Origin: an uncultured Phycisphaerales bacterium
GTDB lineage: Bacteria > Planctomycetota > Phycisphaerae > Tepidisphaerales > Tepidisphaeraceae
Assembly: GCA_963755915.1 (NCBI GenBank)
Contig: CAVWLP010000003.1
Location: 672,001 to 736,000, forward strand
Length of the DNA stretch: 64,000 nt
Reading direction: 5' to 3'
Shown here: positions 43,028 to 52,597 of the stretch, piece by piece
Numbering within the stretch: the first letter of the stretch is position 1
How the letters are laid out: each line of letters begins with the position of its first letter
Position numbers and translations under genes: made by a program
The notes under the pieces: generated by a model
What the model saw: only the letters and a program-made list of their open reading frames with translations
Database searches by the model: none
Told to the model about the DNA's origin: nothing

Positions 43028-46000
43028 CTACTTGCTGGTATTGCTCGTCAACAGCGGGAAGTTCTTCGCTTCAATTTCCTTGTCGATCAGGATCGTCGGC
43101 TTCAGCAGGATCAGCAGCACCTGCTCGTCGTTCGATTCCGAAGTATTCGTCGCCAGCCGCTTCAGAATCGGAATCTTGGACAGCCCCGGCACGCCGGCTT
43201 CAAGATTGACCTCGCCCGCGATCGTCACCCCGCCCAGCATCAACGTTCCACCGTCCGGAACCGTCACGCGCGTTCGCACTTCGGTTCGCTCTTCCGTGGC
43301 TTCCTGGACGCTCAGGGTCGGGGCCACGAATCCACCCGAAAGAATCGTGTTGTTGCTGGTGGTCTCCGTCGGCGCCGCCGCCGCAATTTCGAATTCAAAC
43401 GTCGTGAACCCAAGGAACGAGTCGAGCTGCGGATCGACGTCCAGCGTCACATACTTGTGATCCGCGCTCACCAGCGCCCGCTCGACCACGAGCTGCACAC
43501 CATCTTCCGCATAGCTGATCACCGGCGCGGCGATTGCCGCTCCCGTCGCCACCGAGACGTTCAGGCTCGAAACGTACGGCAGAAACGTGGTCTGGTATAT
43601 CGTTGCCCCCTGCCCGTTTTGCAGCGTCACCCGCGGAGCGTGCAACACGCTCAGCCGCGACGATTCCTGCACCGCGTTCAGAACCAGCTCCACCTGGAAA
43701 TCGTCAAAGATATTCCCATAAACCCCGCCAAGGTTAAGCCCGTTTTCGTCCGCTTCGGGGTTCGTTCCCAGGCTGCCCGGCAAACCCGTCGAGGGATTGC
43801 CCGTGAATCCCGACGTTCCGTTGCTTAAGGTGATCGGACTCCAGTGGGCAGGATCGATCGGCACGCTCGAGCCCGGAACCGTCTGCACGTTGTTGTTGAT
43901 TCGCATGCTCAGGTTGACGCCCACGTCCTCCAGGAAGTGACGCGAAACCGTCAGGAACCGTGCCTCGATGTTCACCTGCACCGCCTGCGCCTCGCGAAGC
44001 TGCGCCAGCAGGTCCGCGATCTTCCCGTGCACCTCGTTCGTCTGCGTGATGATGAGCTGGTTATTGAAGTCGTCGATCTGCCCATACCCGTTCGGATCGT
44101 TGTCCTTCCACGAGCTGAACTCGACCGTATTCTCGATCTTCTTCTTGATGTCATCCAACTGCTGCGTGCGCTCGGTAGCCCCGGTCTGCCCCTGGCTATT
44201 GGTCTGGAGGCTCGAACTGCCGCCACCCCCGCCGCCACCCGTCACCTGCGCGCTGCCGCCGCTGATGTTCTGGATCGTCGGATCGAAATTCGGATTGATC
44301 AGCAGATCGGTAATGTCATACACCCGCGTGACGACCGCCTTGTTCAGCTCGTCCTGCGTCGAAATCTCGATCACGCCCTCGTCGATCGTATACCCAAGCT
44401 TCCCCGCTCCCGCTTCCTGCAAAATAATGTCCAGCACTTTCGAGAACTTCACATCGTGCAGTGTCACCGAAACCTGCGTCGTCTGCTTGTCGATCCCGTC
44501 CGCTTCCAGGGCCTTCCAGTTCACCAGGATGTTCGCCCCGGTCAGGTCTCTCAGGAAGTCGATCGCATCCGTCAGCGCCACCTGCGGCAACTGCACGCTG
44601 TTCAAACGCCGGTCCAACTGCGCCTGCACCGCCTGGTCTTCCTTGCTCACGTTGCTGTTCTTCAGCTCCGTGTCGCGCATCGTCGAAATATCCGGCCAGT
44701 TCTCCGGGAACCGGAAGATGTCCCCATACGGAACCTCCGCCTCCTGCGCCTGGTTCAGCGTCCGCTCCATGTTGTAGTCAAACTGCTCGCGGTAGTGCCG
44801 CTGCTCCTGGAGAATCGCCTTGTCCTCCACGAACTGCCTCACGCCCAGCGCGTAATCGTTCTGCGGATCCAGCGTCAGAATCTGGTCGAGCACCCCCAGC
44901 GCCGCCGCGTAATTCTGCTGGTCGATCTGCTCGCGTGAAAGCTTGATATACGCCGCGACGGCCGAGTCCCGCCGGCGTTTATCCTGTCTCTCCGCCTCAG
45001 TCTCTTCGGTCGCCGCCTGCTGCGCTCGCACGTCTTCGGCTTGCCGCTCCGATTCATTCCGCGCCTGCCGAAGGTCCAGCGACGCCCGCTGAATCGCCGC
45101 ATCCATCCGCCGCAGATCATCCGCGTTGAACACCGTCGGATCCTGATCCCGCGCCGCCTGGGCCTGGGCGATGTCGTTTTCGGCCGCCGCAAACAATCCC
45201 TGATCCGTATCCCTGCGCGCCTGGTCGACCGCCGTGTTGAACTTGTAGTTGATCGCCTGGATTTCCTGCGAGATATATTCCTGCGTCCGCGTCAGCGTCA
45301 CCCCGCCCTGGTTCGGACCGCGCCCGGTCTTCGCCAGCAGCCGATCGCGCCCCTGCACCGCGTCCGAGTTGGTCGGATCCAGATCGACCGCCTGCGTATA
45401 ATCGTTCAGCGCCTCCTGGTCGTTCCCGGCCGCCTCAGCCTTCTTGCCCAGATCGACCAGCCCCTGCGCCTTGTAAACCCGCTGCTGCTCCGCCAGCCGG
45501 TCGATTTCCGCCTGGTGCTGAAGCTGTGACTGATCCCCCCCGCCTTCCGTCCCGCTCTCGGGGGTTGTTTGCGTGGAGGTCGCATCCGCGAGGTTAATCG
45601 TCTCCCCCGAAGCCGCGGCCGCCGCCGGCGCGCCAGAAACCGGCGCCGCCGACGCCTGATCGATCCGCTGGATATATTCCGAAGGCGGAAGCCCTTCCAG
45701 ATACCCCGGCGTAAAGCCAAACTGGCTTGCCTTCACAAAATCAATCCGTGCATCGGGATAATTGCCCGCGCGATACTCCGCCCGGGCCCGATCGTAAGCT
45801 TCCCGCCCTTCCGCATCCGCCTTGTTCTGGTATTTCGCCTCCCCCTGGTCCATCTTCTTCAAATATTCCGCCGGGCTGGCTTCGAGAAACCCGCCGTTAT
45901 ATCCAATATCCTGCGCCTTGTTGAAATCCGCCCGAGCCGCGATCCAATCCCCCTTGCGATATTCCGCGACCGCTTGCTTGTAAACCGCCTTCCCCGCCGC

Positions 46001-46576
46001 CGAATTCACGTTCTGCGACGCGTTCAAATCGGCCAGCTCCTGCTGCGCGCGCTGCCGCGTTGCATCATCCGCCCGCGAATTGCTCAAAACCGCGTTGTAA
46101 TGTGCCTGCGCGTCCGCAATCTGGCTCGCCTGCCGCGATTCATCCCCTTGCGCAAGCTCCGATCGAGCCTCCCGCTGCTGCGTTGCCGCCTCGTTCGCTT
46201 TCGCCAGGATGCTCACCAGCGTCTGATGGTCCTGGGCGCTCAGCGACTTGATGTCCACTTCCTGCAACGTCGCGACGGATTGATCGTATTGCCCCTGGTT
46301 GTAAAGCGTGATCCCCCTGCTCAAAAGATCAGAATTGGCCCCAGGCTGTGCATCGGCAGATTCTGCGCCCGAGGCATTCGGCCCACCAGCCGTCTGGTCC
46401 GCATACATGACATTGAATCGCGTAATCCCCGGCGGCAACGCCATCGAAGCCGCGAAGCCCACACACGCAAGCTTCCGCCGGCGCGTGCTTACTTCACTTT
46501 TTCCGTTGCCATGGGATCGGCTGCTCTTCGATTGATCGGACGAAGCGACTGTCTGAGTGGTGGGATCGAACAACAC
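43028..46576 (-). CDS. Large secretin (GspD/PilQ-like) with N-terminal TPRs
   Basis: QVNIEARFL; APRVTLQNGQ; VPDGGTLMLGG; GVPGLSKIPILKRL; GTG start at 46576 after GAGGAGG. Confidence 0.88.
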   Translation of the reverse strand: MLFDPTTQTVASSDQSKSSRSHGNGKSEVSTRRRKLACVGFAASMALPPGITRFNVMYADQTAGGPNASGAESADAQPGANSDLLSRGITLYNQGQYDQSVATLQEVDIKSLSAQDHQTLVSILAKANEAATQQREARSELAQGDESRQASQIADAQAHYNAVLSNSRADDATRQRAQQELADLNASQNVNSAAGKAVYKQAVAEYRKGDWIAARADFNKAQDIGYNGGFLEASPAEYLKKMDQGEAKYQNKADAEGREAYDRARAEYRAGNYPDARIDFVKASQFGFTPGYLEGLPPSEYIQRIDQASAAPVSGAPAAAAASGETINLADATSTQTTPESGTEGGGDQSQLQHQAEIDRLAEQQRVYKAQGLVDLGKKAEAAGNDQEALNDYTQAVDLDPTNSDAVQGRDRLLAKTGRGPNQGGVTLTRTQEYISQEIQAINYKFNTAVDQARRDTDQGLFAAAENDIAQAQAARDQDPTVFNADDLRRMDAAIQRASLDLRQARNESERQAEDVRAQQAATEETEAERQDKRRRDSAVAAYIKLSREQIDQQNYAAALGVLDQILTLDPQNDYALGVRQFVEDKAILQEQRHYREQFDYNMERTLNQAQEAEVPYGDIFRFPENWPDISTMRDTELKNSNVSKEDQAVQAQLDRRLNSVQLPQVALTDAIDFLRDLTGANILVNWKALEADGIDKQTTQVSVTLHDVKFSKVLDIILQEAGAGKLGYTIDEGVIEISTQDELNKAVVTRVYDITDLLINPNFDPTIQNISGGSAQVTGGGGGGGSSSLQTNSQGQTGATERTQQLDDIKKKIENTVEFSSWKDNDPNGYGQIDDFNNQLIITQTNEVHGKIADLLAQLREAQAVQVNIEARFLTVSRHFLEDVGVNLSMRINNNVQTVPGSSVPIDPAHWSPITLSNGTSGFTGNPSTGLPGSLGTNPEADENGLNLGGVYGNIFDDFQVELVLNAVQESSRLSVLHAPRVTLQNGQGATIYQTTFLPYVSSLNVSVATGAAIAAPVISYAEDGVQLVVERALVSADHKYVTLDVDPQLDSFLGFTTFEFEIAAAAPTETTSNNTILSGGFVAPTLSVQEATEERTEVRTRVTVPDGGTLMLGGVTIAGEVNLEAGVPGLSKIPILKRLATNTSESNDEQVLLILLKPTILIDKEIEAKNFPLLTSNTSK

Positions 46577-46924
46577 TTGTTCCTCCTCAGTTCTGGTTTC
46601 GTTGCGATTCGTCGGGTGCGTAAGGCATGCAACGGTGAGATATTCGGTGATACGAACCGTGCCTGACAACCCTCAAACCGTCCCTGTAAAACCCAACCCC
46701 GACGCAGGCACTACATTTGCGCCGGGAAGGCTAGTAAAATGAGTCTAAACAAAGCCCAGCAGCGATGCAAATAAAATTAAGACTCTCAACGCTGACCTAA
46801 GCCCTGCCTGTGACAGACATTGAAGCGCACAAAATGCGCCGATTCCGGCCCCACACGGGGCCGTCTCCTCAGGATCGTCCTATCACCCCAAAATCCCACA
46901 CTTTTCCCGGCCCCAACCCTCCCC

Positions 46925-46952
46925 GTTTAGCCGCAACCCCGCAGGGGTGCGC
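46925..46952. repeat. REP-like element, copy 2
   Basis: GTTTAGCCGCAACCCCGCAGGGGTGCGC immediately after the guaA stop. Confidence 0.55.
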
Positions 46953-46954
46953 TT

Positions 46955-48500
46955 TCACTCCCACTCAATAGTCGCCGGCGGTTTGGAACTGATATCGTAA
47001 ACGACCCGATTCACCCCCCTCACCTCATTGATAATCCGATTGCTCATCACCGCCAGCACATCAAACGGTATCCTGGCCCAATCCGCCGTCATAAAGTCCT
47101 GCGACTCCACCGCCCGGATCGCGATCACCCCGTCATAGCTCCGCGCATCCCCCATCACCCCGACGGTGGAAATTGGCAAATAAACCGCAAACACCTGCGC
47201 CGTCTTCCGGTAAAGATTCGCCGCGATGAGTTCTTCAAGCACAATCTCATCCGCATCGCGCAAAATCCGCAGGCTCTGGGGGGTTATCGGCCCAATATTC
47301 CGCACCGCCAGTCCCGGCCCCGGAAACGGATGCCTCCAGACAATCGACTCCGGCATCCCCAAAACCTCCCCCACCTGCCGAACCTCATCCTTAAACAGAT
47401 CCCTTAGCGGCTCCACCAATTCAAACCCCAGCTCTTCAGGAAGCCCCCCCACATTGTGATGCAGCTTGATATTCGCCGTCGTCCCGGCATGACCATGCCC
47501 GCTCTCGATCACATCCGGATAGAGCGTCCCCTGCGCCAGAAACCGAACTCCCTGGATGGACGCGGCTTCGCGCTTAAACGCTTCGATGAACTCCCGCCCG
47601 ATAATCTTCCGCTTCTGCTGCGGATCGGTAACGCCCTGGAGCGCCGCCAGAAACTGTTCGGTTGCGCCGGCAGTGATCAGATTGATCTTGAAATGATCGC
47701 GAAACGTGGACTCAACGAGCTGGCGTTCATTTTTGCGCAGCAGTCCATTGTCGACGAAGATGCAGACGAGTTGATCGCCGATGGCCTTGTGGAGAAGCGC
47801 CGCGACGACGGAGCTGTCGACGCCGCCGGAGAGTCCGCAGATGACTTTCCCGTCGCCGACTTGCTTGCGCACCTGGGCAATCGACTGCTCGATAAAGTTC
47901 CCCATGGTCCATGAGCCGGAGCACTTGCAGATTTCGTAGAGGAAGTTCTGGAAGATCTGCTCGCCCCGAGGCGTGTGCGTCACCTCCGGATGAAACTGCA
48001 CGCCATAGAACGGCCGCCGGGCGTGGCGCGCGGCCGCGAAGGGGCAGGTGGGCGTTGCAGCAAGGGCGACGAAGTCGGACCCCAGATCAAACACCTGGTC
48101 GCCGTGACTCATCCAAACCGTCGTATCCTCCGGCAACCCCCGCGTTAGCGGATCATCCGCGACGATGTGTAACCGGGTGCGGCCAAACTCCCGGGCGGCC
48201 GCGGGTTTTACTTGCGCCACCCAGGATCTGCGACCCAAGCTGCATCCCGTAGCAGATGCCGAGGATGGGTACCCCGATGTCAAAGATTTTCGGATCACAT
48301 TTCGGGGCGTTGGGTTCGTAAACGCTGCTTGGGCCGCCGGAGAGGATGATGCCTTTGGGGTTGAGCTTTTTGAGTTCATCGGCCGGGATGTCGGGCCGGA
48401 CTAGCTGGCTAAAGACGCCTTTTTCGCGAACCCGGCGGGCGATTAGCTGGGCGTACTGGGCGCCGAAATCAAGGATGGGGATTATTTCGCTGGGAGGCAT
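46955..48500 (-). CDS. guaA: GMP synthase, glutamine-hydrolysing (frameshift near ~48215)
   Basis: [51 protein letters not shown]. Confidence 0.95.
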
Positions 48501-48569
48501 TTGGAGTTAATAACGGATGGAAACCGGTATTGCAATTCCCCGCCCCCCACGTTCCCAAACCCCCAAAAA

Positions 48570-48611
48570 ATCCCCGCTCCAGGAATGAGCCGGGCCGTCC
48601 CCGGCCCGATC
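48570..48611. repeat. Imperfect ~42-bp direct repeat, left copy
   Basis: ATCCCCGC..CCA.G...GAGCCGGGCCGTCCCCGGCCCGATC; 25-bp core is 23/25 identical to 49618-49642. Confidence 0.7.
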
Positions 48612-48651
48612 CCCCGCCTTCACAAACCATATTTTGACGTACGCGCCCACC

Positions 48652-49137
48652 CTACAACTCAGCATTCTCAAACCGCACATTCCCCGGATTAACATCCAGA
48701 AGCACCATCCCACTGACCCGTTGAAACTCCGCCAGAATCAACTCAACCTCTCCCCATCGATCACCAAACGCCTCACTCTTCTCTCGCCGCCACTCTTCCC
48801 AGACCTCCTCCGGAAAATCGGGAGCCTCAGCCACCAGATATGCCGACGCAAAATCCAGCAGAAACGGCGGGGACACCACCGTCATCTCAATCGCCAGAAA
48901 TTCCCTCTCCGCGCGATAAAACTCCGGCACCTCATGACCGCGCACCTGATCGATTCCAAGCTCTGAAAGTCTTTCATACGCCCTCACTTCACGCGAATAT
49001 GATTCCCCCACTGTGAAAATCTTTACCGCGGTGCTACGATCCGTAGAATAAACGTCGCCATCCCGGCCCGAGCCCAGAACTTGCTTAAGCCGGATGCCCC
49101 ATCGCTCTTCAAGGACGGTTTTTATGTCTTCCGACAT
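48652..49137 (-). CDS. Small kinase-like protein with unusual motif order
   Basis: LGSGRDGDVY, AVKIF, REV.AY, then LLDFAS, then C-terminal LLDVNPGNVRF; 161 aa. Confidence 0.7.
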   Translation of the reverse strand: MSEDIKTVLEERWGIRLKQVLGSGRDGDVYSTDRSTAVKIFTVGESYSREVRAYERLSELGIDQVRGHEVPEFYRAEREFLAIEMTVVSPPFLLDFASAYLVAEAPDFPEEVWEEWRREKSEAFGDRWGEVELILAEFQRVSGMVLLDVNPGNVRFENAEL

Positions 49138-49393
49138 GCCAACAGTTCTCCCGAAGACCCGCAGCCCTCGTGGAGCATACTCCGCCGCCGTCGAAATCCA
49201 ACTGCACACCTCAAACGGAGTTTTCTACCCCTCCCAAGCCGGCCATGATCGCCTGATTTTCCGCAAGCCGCAGGCCCTGGAACTTTCCACCGCCCGGCTG
49301 ATTATACTCGTCGACGGACAAGAGCAGGAATCAACAGTAGAGATTCTCCCCCACGAATCCCCCAGCCGACGAATCCCAATCCGCACCGTCTAG
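49136..49393 (+). CDS. Small beta-rich hypothetical protein divergent from the kinase-like gene
   Basis: 85 aa MPTVLPKTRSPRGAYSAAVEIQL...IILVDGQE; protein-like alternating strand pattern. Confidence 0.55.
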   Translation: MPTVLPKTRSPRGAYSAAVEIQLHTSNGVFYPSQAGHDRLIFRKPQALELSTARLIILVDGQEQESTVEILPHESPSRRIPIRTV

Positions 49394-49580
49394 AGCATTT
49401 TCATTTCAATCGTGGCGTCTGCGTTGCTTTGGGCGAGGTTGGCCGCAAGGAAGAGCGACGAAGCGGGTTTGAACAGACCCGTTGAGGAGCGATGACCCCG
49501 CGGACGACCTCGCCCAAAGCAATCCCGAAGGGGTCGCCGAAGGCGACGCGGACGCTACGAGTGAAATGAAATTGCTCTAG
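49390..49580. mobile_element. MITE-like element (~190 bp) with CTAGAGCA(T/A)TTTCATTTCA terminal inverted repeats
   Basis: Left CTAGAGCATTTTCATTTCAATCGTGGCGTC vs right (reverse complement) CTAGAGCAATTTCATTTCACTCGTAGCGTC; non-coding interior. Confidence 0.75.
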
Positions 49581-49600
49581 TCCCCAGAACAACACAATAG

Positions 49601-49642
49601 ATCCCCGCCCCAAGTCCGAGCCGGGCCGTGCCCGACCCGATC
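49601..49642. repeat. Imperfect ~42-bp direct repeat, right copy
   Basis: ATCCCCGCCCCAAGTCCGAGCCGGGCCGTGCCCGACCCGATC. Confidence 0.7.
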
Positions 49643-49728
49643 TTCCCGAGCGCAAGTCCCGCCAATTTCAATCCGTGGATGCCCACCGCACCGCGGTGGG
49701 CACTGTCCCAACCCAAAGAATCCTTCCA

Positions 49729-49992
49729 TTATCGTTTCTTGGACCCGTAGAATTCAAAAACCGCCACAACCGCCAGTACAAGAAAAACCTCCGCCGGAAT
49801 CAGCAGAACCGGAGCCCCGAGTACGTAGACGAACCTCCAAGGTCCATTTACCCCCTCAAAAAAGATCGCCATCACACCCAGGATTGCAACGACCGAAAGA
49901 ACAAAAATCGACCCCCAGATCCTTCTTGTCCACGAAGGCTTTCGTCTGCCGTTATAGCTCGTGCTCGCGTATTCCAATGGATCGAGCTTCAC
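49729..49992 (-). CDS. Small 2-TM hypothetical membrane protein
   Basis: 87 aa; PLEYA motif followed by two hydrophobic helices. Confidence 0.5.
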   Translation of the reverse strand: MKLDPLEYASTSYNGRRKPSWTRRIWGSIFVLSVVAILGVMAIFFEGVNGPWRFVYVLGAPVLLIPAEVFLVLAVVAVFEFYGSKKR

Positions 49993-50161
49993 AACCTCAT
50001 TCTACCCTCTGCCCGCGCCAAAGGCCCCAGAGCCCCCTCAACGCCCCCCAAGCTCCATTCACCAAATGTGCGCCGTTACCAAAGCCGCGAGGTGCTTGCA
50101 CCCGCGGGACCTCCCAGTCCACTGCTCCACTGTTCAACTGCTCCACTGCTCTCGCTCCCCC

Positions 50162-50701
50162 TCACGCCCCAAAATCCGCGAACATCTCATCCGACGCCAG
50201 CTTCGCCCTGCTGCGCCTCTTGATCTGGTTCTCCCGCTCCACCTCCTCCGCCACCGTACTCTTCTCCTCTTCGTTGGCGCGAATCATCCCCATCCCCTTC
50301 AAAAGCTGCAGCGCCGCTTTCGCATCCCCACCCTCCAGCGCCTTCTCCAGCGCGCTCGACGCTTTATCCAGCATCATCTTCAATCTCGACCGGCAGCTCT
50401 GCTCCATCATCTCATGCCACTGGTTGTAAGCCGCCTGAAAAGTCGCATCGTGCTTGAGCCACTGATAAATTGTCGTCCTTGAAACCCCGCAGCTCCGCGC
50501 CGCCTCCGTCACCGATCCTCCCGCCACCAGCGTCTCCATCGCCGTCCGCTGCTTCGCCGCCAACCCCTCCATCCCCATCCCTTCCCCCTCCTTCACCTCC
50601 GGCCCCCCAGAACCCCGCTGCGCCAGATCCGTCCCGACCGAATCTTGCCCCGCTACATTCTGGTCCACCAATTCCCGTTCAGCTTCAGTACCGTCAGACA
50701 T
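50162..50701 (-). CDS. Helix-turn-helix protein (terminase-small-subunit/phBC6A51-like HTH)
   Basis: KQRTAMETLVAGGSVTEAARSCGVSRTTIYQWLKHDATFQAAY; helical C-terminus. Confidence 0.7.
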   Translation of the reverse strand: MSDGTEAERELVDQNVAGQDSVGTDLAQRGSGGPEVKEGEGMGMEGLAAKQRTAMETLVAGGSVTEAARSCGVSRTTIYQWLKHDATFQAAYNQWHEMMEQSCRSRLKMMLDKASSALEKALEGGDAKAALQLLKGMGMIRANEEEKSTVAEEVERENQIKRRSRAKLASDEMFADFGA

Positions 50702-50958
50702 ATGACCCACCTTTCTCTACGTGTGCGCCTCGATACCTAACTTATACCTAACAACTCGCGCGATTGTCAAGCGAAAAAAAGTTTTTTTCCGCGGACTGCC
50801 CCGCTAACCGGCGCAGGTTTTATCAATCCAAAACAAAAATCGCAGGCTCCCGCGATTCTGCATCGGGCCTCGCAACTGAACACATTTTTCGCGCGATCAG
50901 AGCCCCCGCAACCCAAAACCGCCGCAACCCTCTTCTCTCCTCAGATTTACAAACGCAC

Positions 50959-50984
50959 AAATAGCTAGTATACACTAGCTATTT
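50959..50984. promoter_or_regulatory. Perfect 11-bp inverted repeat (operator candidate)
   Basis: AAATAGCTAGT-ATAC-ACTAGCTATTT. Confidence 0.5.
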
Positions 50985-50995
50985 TTTAAAAAGTG

Positions 50996-52518
50996 CAATA
51001 GTGTCCGGAACGCAGGCTCACCAATGACACAATCTTGCGCCTGCGCGAAGCAGCGTTTTGTGGTTCACTGCCGCCACGTGCACGCGGACCTTTGCCCAGC
51101 TTCTGGATTGCCCGCCAAGCCGGGACGAAAGCCGCGGCCGGCGGTGCGGGGGGAGGATTTGTTCGGCGGCAAGTACGTCGGTATTTTGCAGGATCATCTG
51201 GCCCGCCTGCGGGCGGCGCATCCCCACCCCAATCGCACGCTTTTTTATGACGATGTGACCCTTGCCTATCTGCTGGCGTTTTTCACGCCGGCGATTCGCA
51301 GCCTGCGGACGATGGAGGATTTCAGCCAGACCGAGCAGATGCAGGAGCAGCTTTCGGTCGATCGCCTGCCGCGTTCCACGCTTTCCGATGCCAACGCCCT
51401 GTTCGATCCGACGCTGCTGGAGCCGATCATCGAGGAGTTGCGGGCGCGGCTGCCGCACCTGCGTCACGGCGATCCGAAGCTGGCGGAGTTGACCGAGCGG
51501 GTACGGGTGGTGGATGGGTCGCTGTTCACCGTTGCCGCCGACGTGGCCTGGGCGCTGCATCAAAGTCGACCCAACGGAAAGCCCATGGACACGATTCGCC
51601 TGAATCTTCAATGGGCGGCGGGCGTGGGGGTTCCCGAGGGAGTGACGATCAGCGGCGCGGGATGCTCCGAGGCGCAGGCGCTGATGCAGTCCCTGGAGCC
51701 GGGACAGATTTACGTCATGGACCGCGGCTACGTCTGTTTCGAGCTGCTGGAGCGGATCGTACATGCCTGCAGCGATTTTGTGCTCCGGCTCAAGTCAAAC
51801 AACTATTTCATTCCCATCGAAAACAATGACTTGACCCCCAAGTCCCTGCCGCTGAGCGATGAAGACCGCGCTGCCGGCATTCTCAGCGACCGGATCGGAT
51901 ACCTGGGCTCAGAAGGGCCACGCTTTGCTCCTCCGGCGGGAAAATGGCTTCGGGAAGTGACGATCTTCGACCCGGACAAACCCGACAGGCCCCTGCGGCT
52001 GCTGACCAATCTTCTTAACATTCCCGCCCATGTCATCGGTCTGCTCTACCGCTGGCGATAGAAGATCGAGCTGTTTTTCCGCTGGCTGAAAGTGCACGCC
52101 CACTTCCGCCATCTCACCAGCCACAGCAAAAACGGCGTCACCACCGGGTTCTACATCGCGGTCATCGGGGTGCTGTTGATCTATCTGCACACGCAGCGTC
52201 CGGTGAGCAAATATGCCTACGCGATGCTGAGCCTGGTCGCCGCGGGAGGGGCCACGTTGCAAGAGATTATTCCCATCCTGCAGCGCCGAGAACGGGAATG
52301 CGAGCTGCAGCGTCAGCGTGTGGCACGGAAGAAGGCTGAAAAAATCGTCAAGTAAGTCACCGGGGGTTTTTGTTGTCCGGCCGCCGGTGAACGCCGCGGC
52401 ATGCGCTGCAGGAGCAGCGCTGAACCTTCCACGCCGTTGCCCATCGAGGCAACGCAGCCTTTCGAGTGAAAACCCGAAAAATCCCAGCTCTAAGACGCGG
52501 AAGTCCCGGACAATATTG
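50996..52518 (+). mobile_element. IS4-family insertion sequence, 1523 bp
   Basis: TIRs CAATAGTGTCCGGA / CAATATTGTCCGGG (reverse complement); 9-bp target duplication TAAAAAGTG at 50987-50995 and 52519-52527. Confidence 0.93.
51024..52355 (+). pseudogene. IS4 DDE transposase interrupted by an in-frame TAG at 52059-52061
   Basis: VVDGS, VMDRGY, LLTNL, YRWR*KIELFFRWLK (YREK motif; TAG at the conserved Trp position); both ORF halves are in the same frame. Confidence 0.85.
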
Positions 52519-52597
52519 TAAAAAGTGTTCAGTTTTGTTCAGAAGTGTTCACCCGCCCTGCCCCGGCGATCCCGGAGGAGGACGGATGCAACTCGCC

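Noticed and set aside
46706-46721. Sigma54-like AGGCACTACATTTGCG near the secretin gene
   Set aside because: It is on the plus strand, pointing away from the minus-strand secretin, with no plus-strand gene downstream.
50162-50701. Prophage, suggested by the terminase-small-like HTH
   Set aside because: No large terminase, portal, capsid or integrase genes nearby.
52059-52061. Amber readthrough, pyrrolysine or alternative genetic code
   Set aside because: TAG is used as a normal stop in many genes here (e.g. mutT, frr, ptsI); the codon sits at a Trp position reachable by one G-to-A change.
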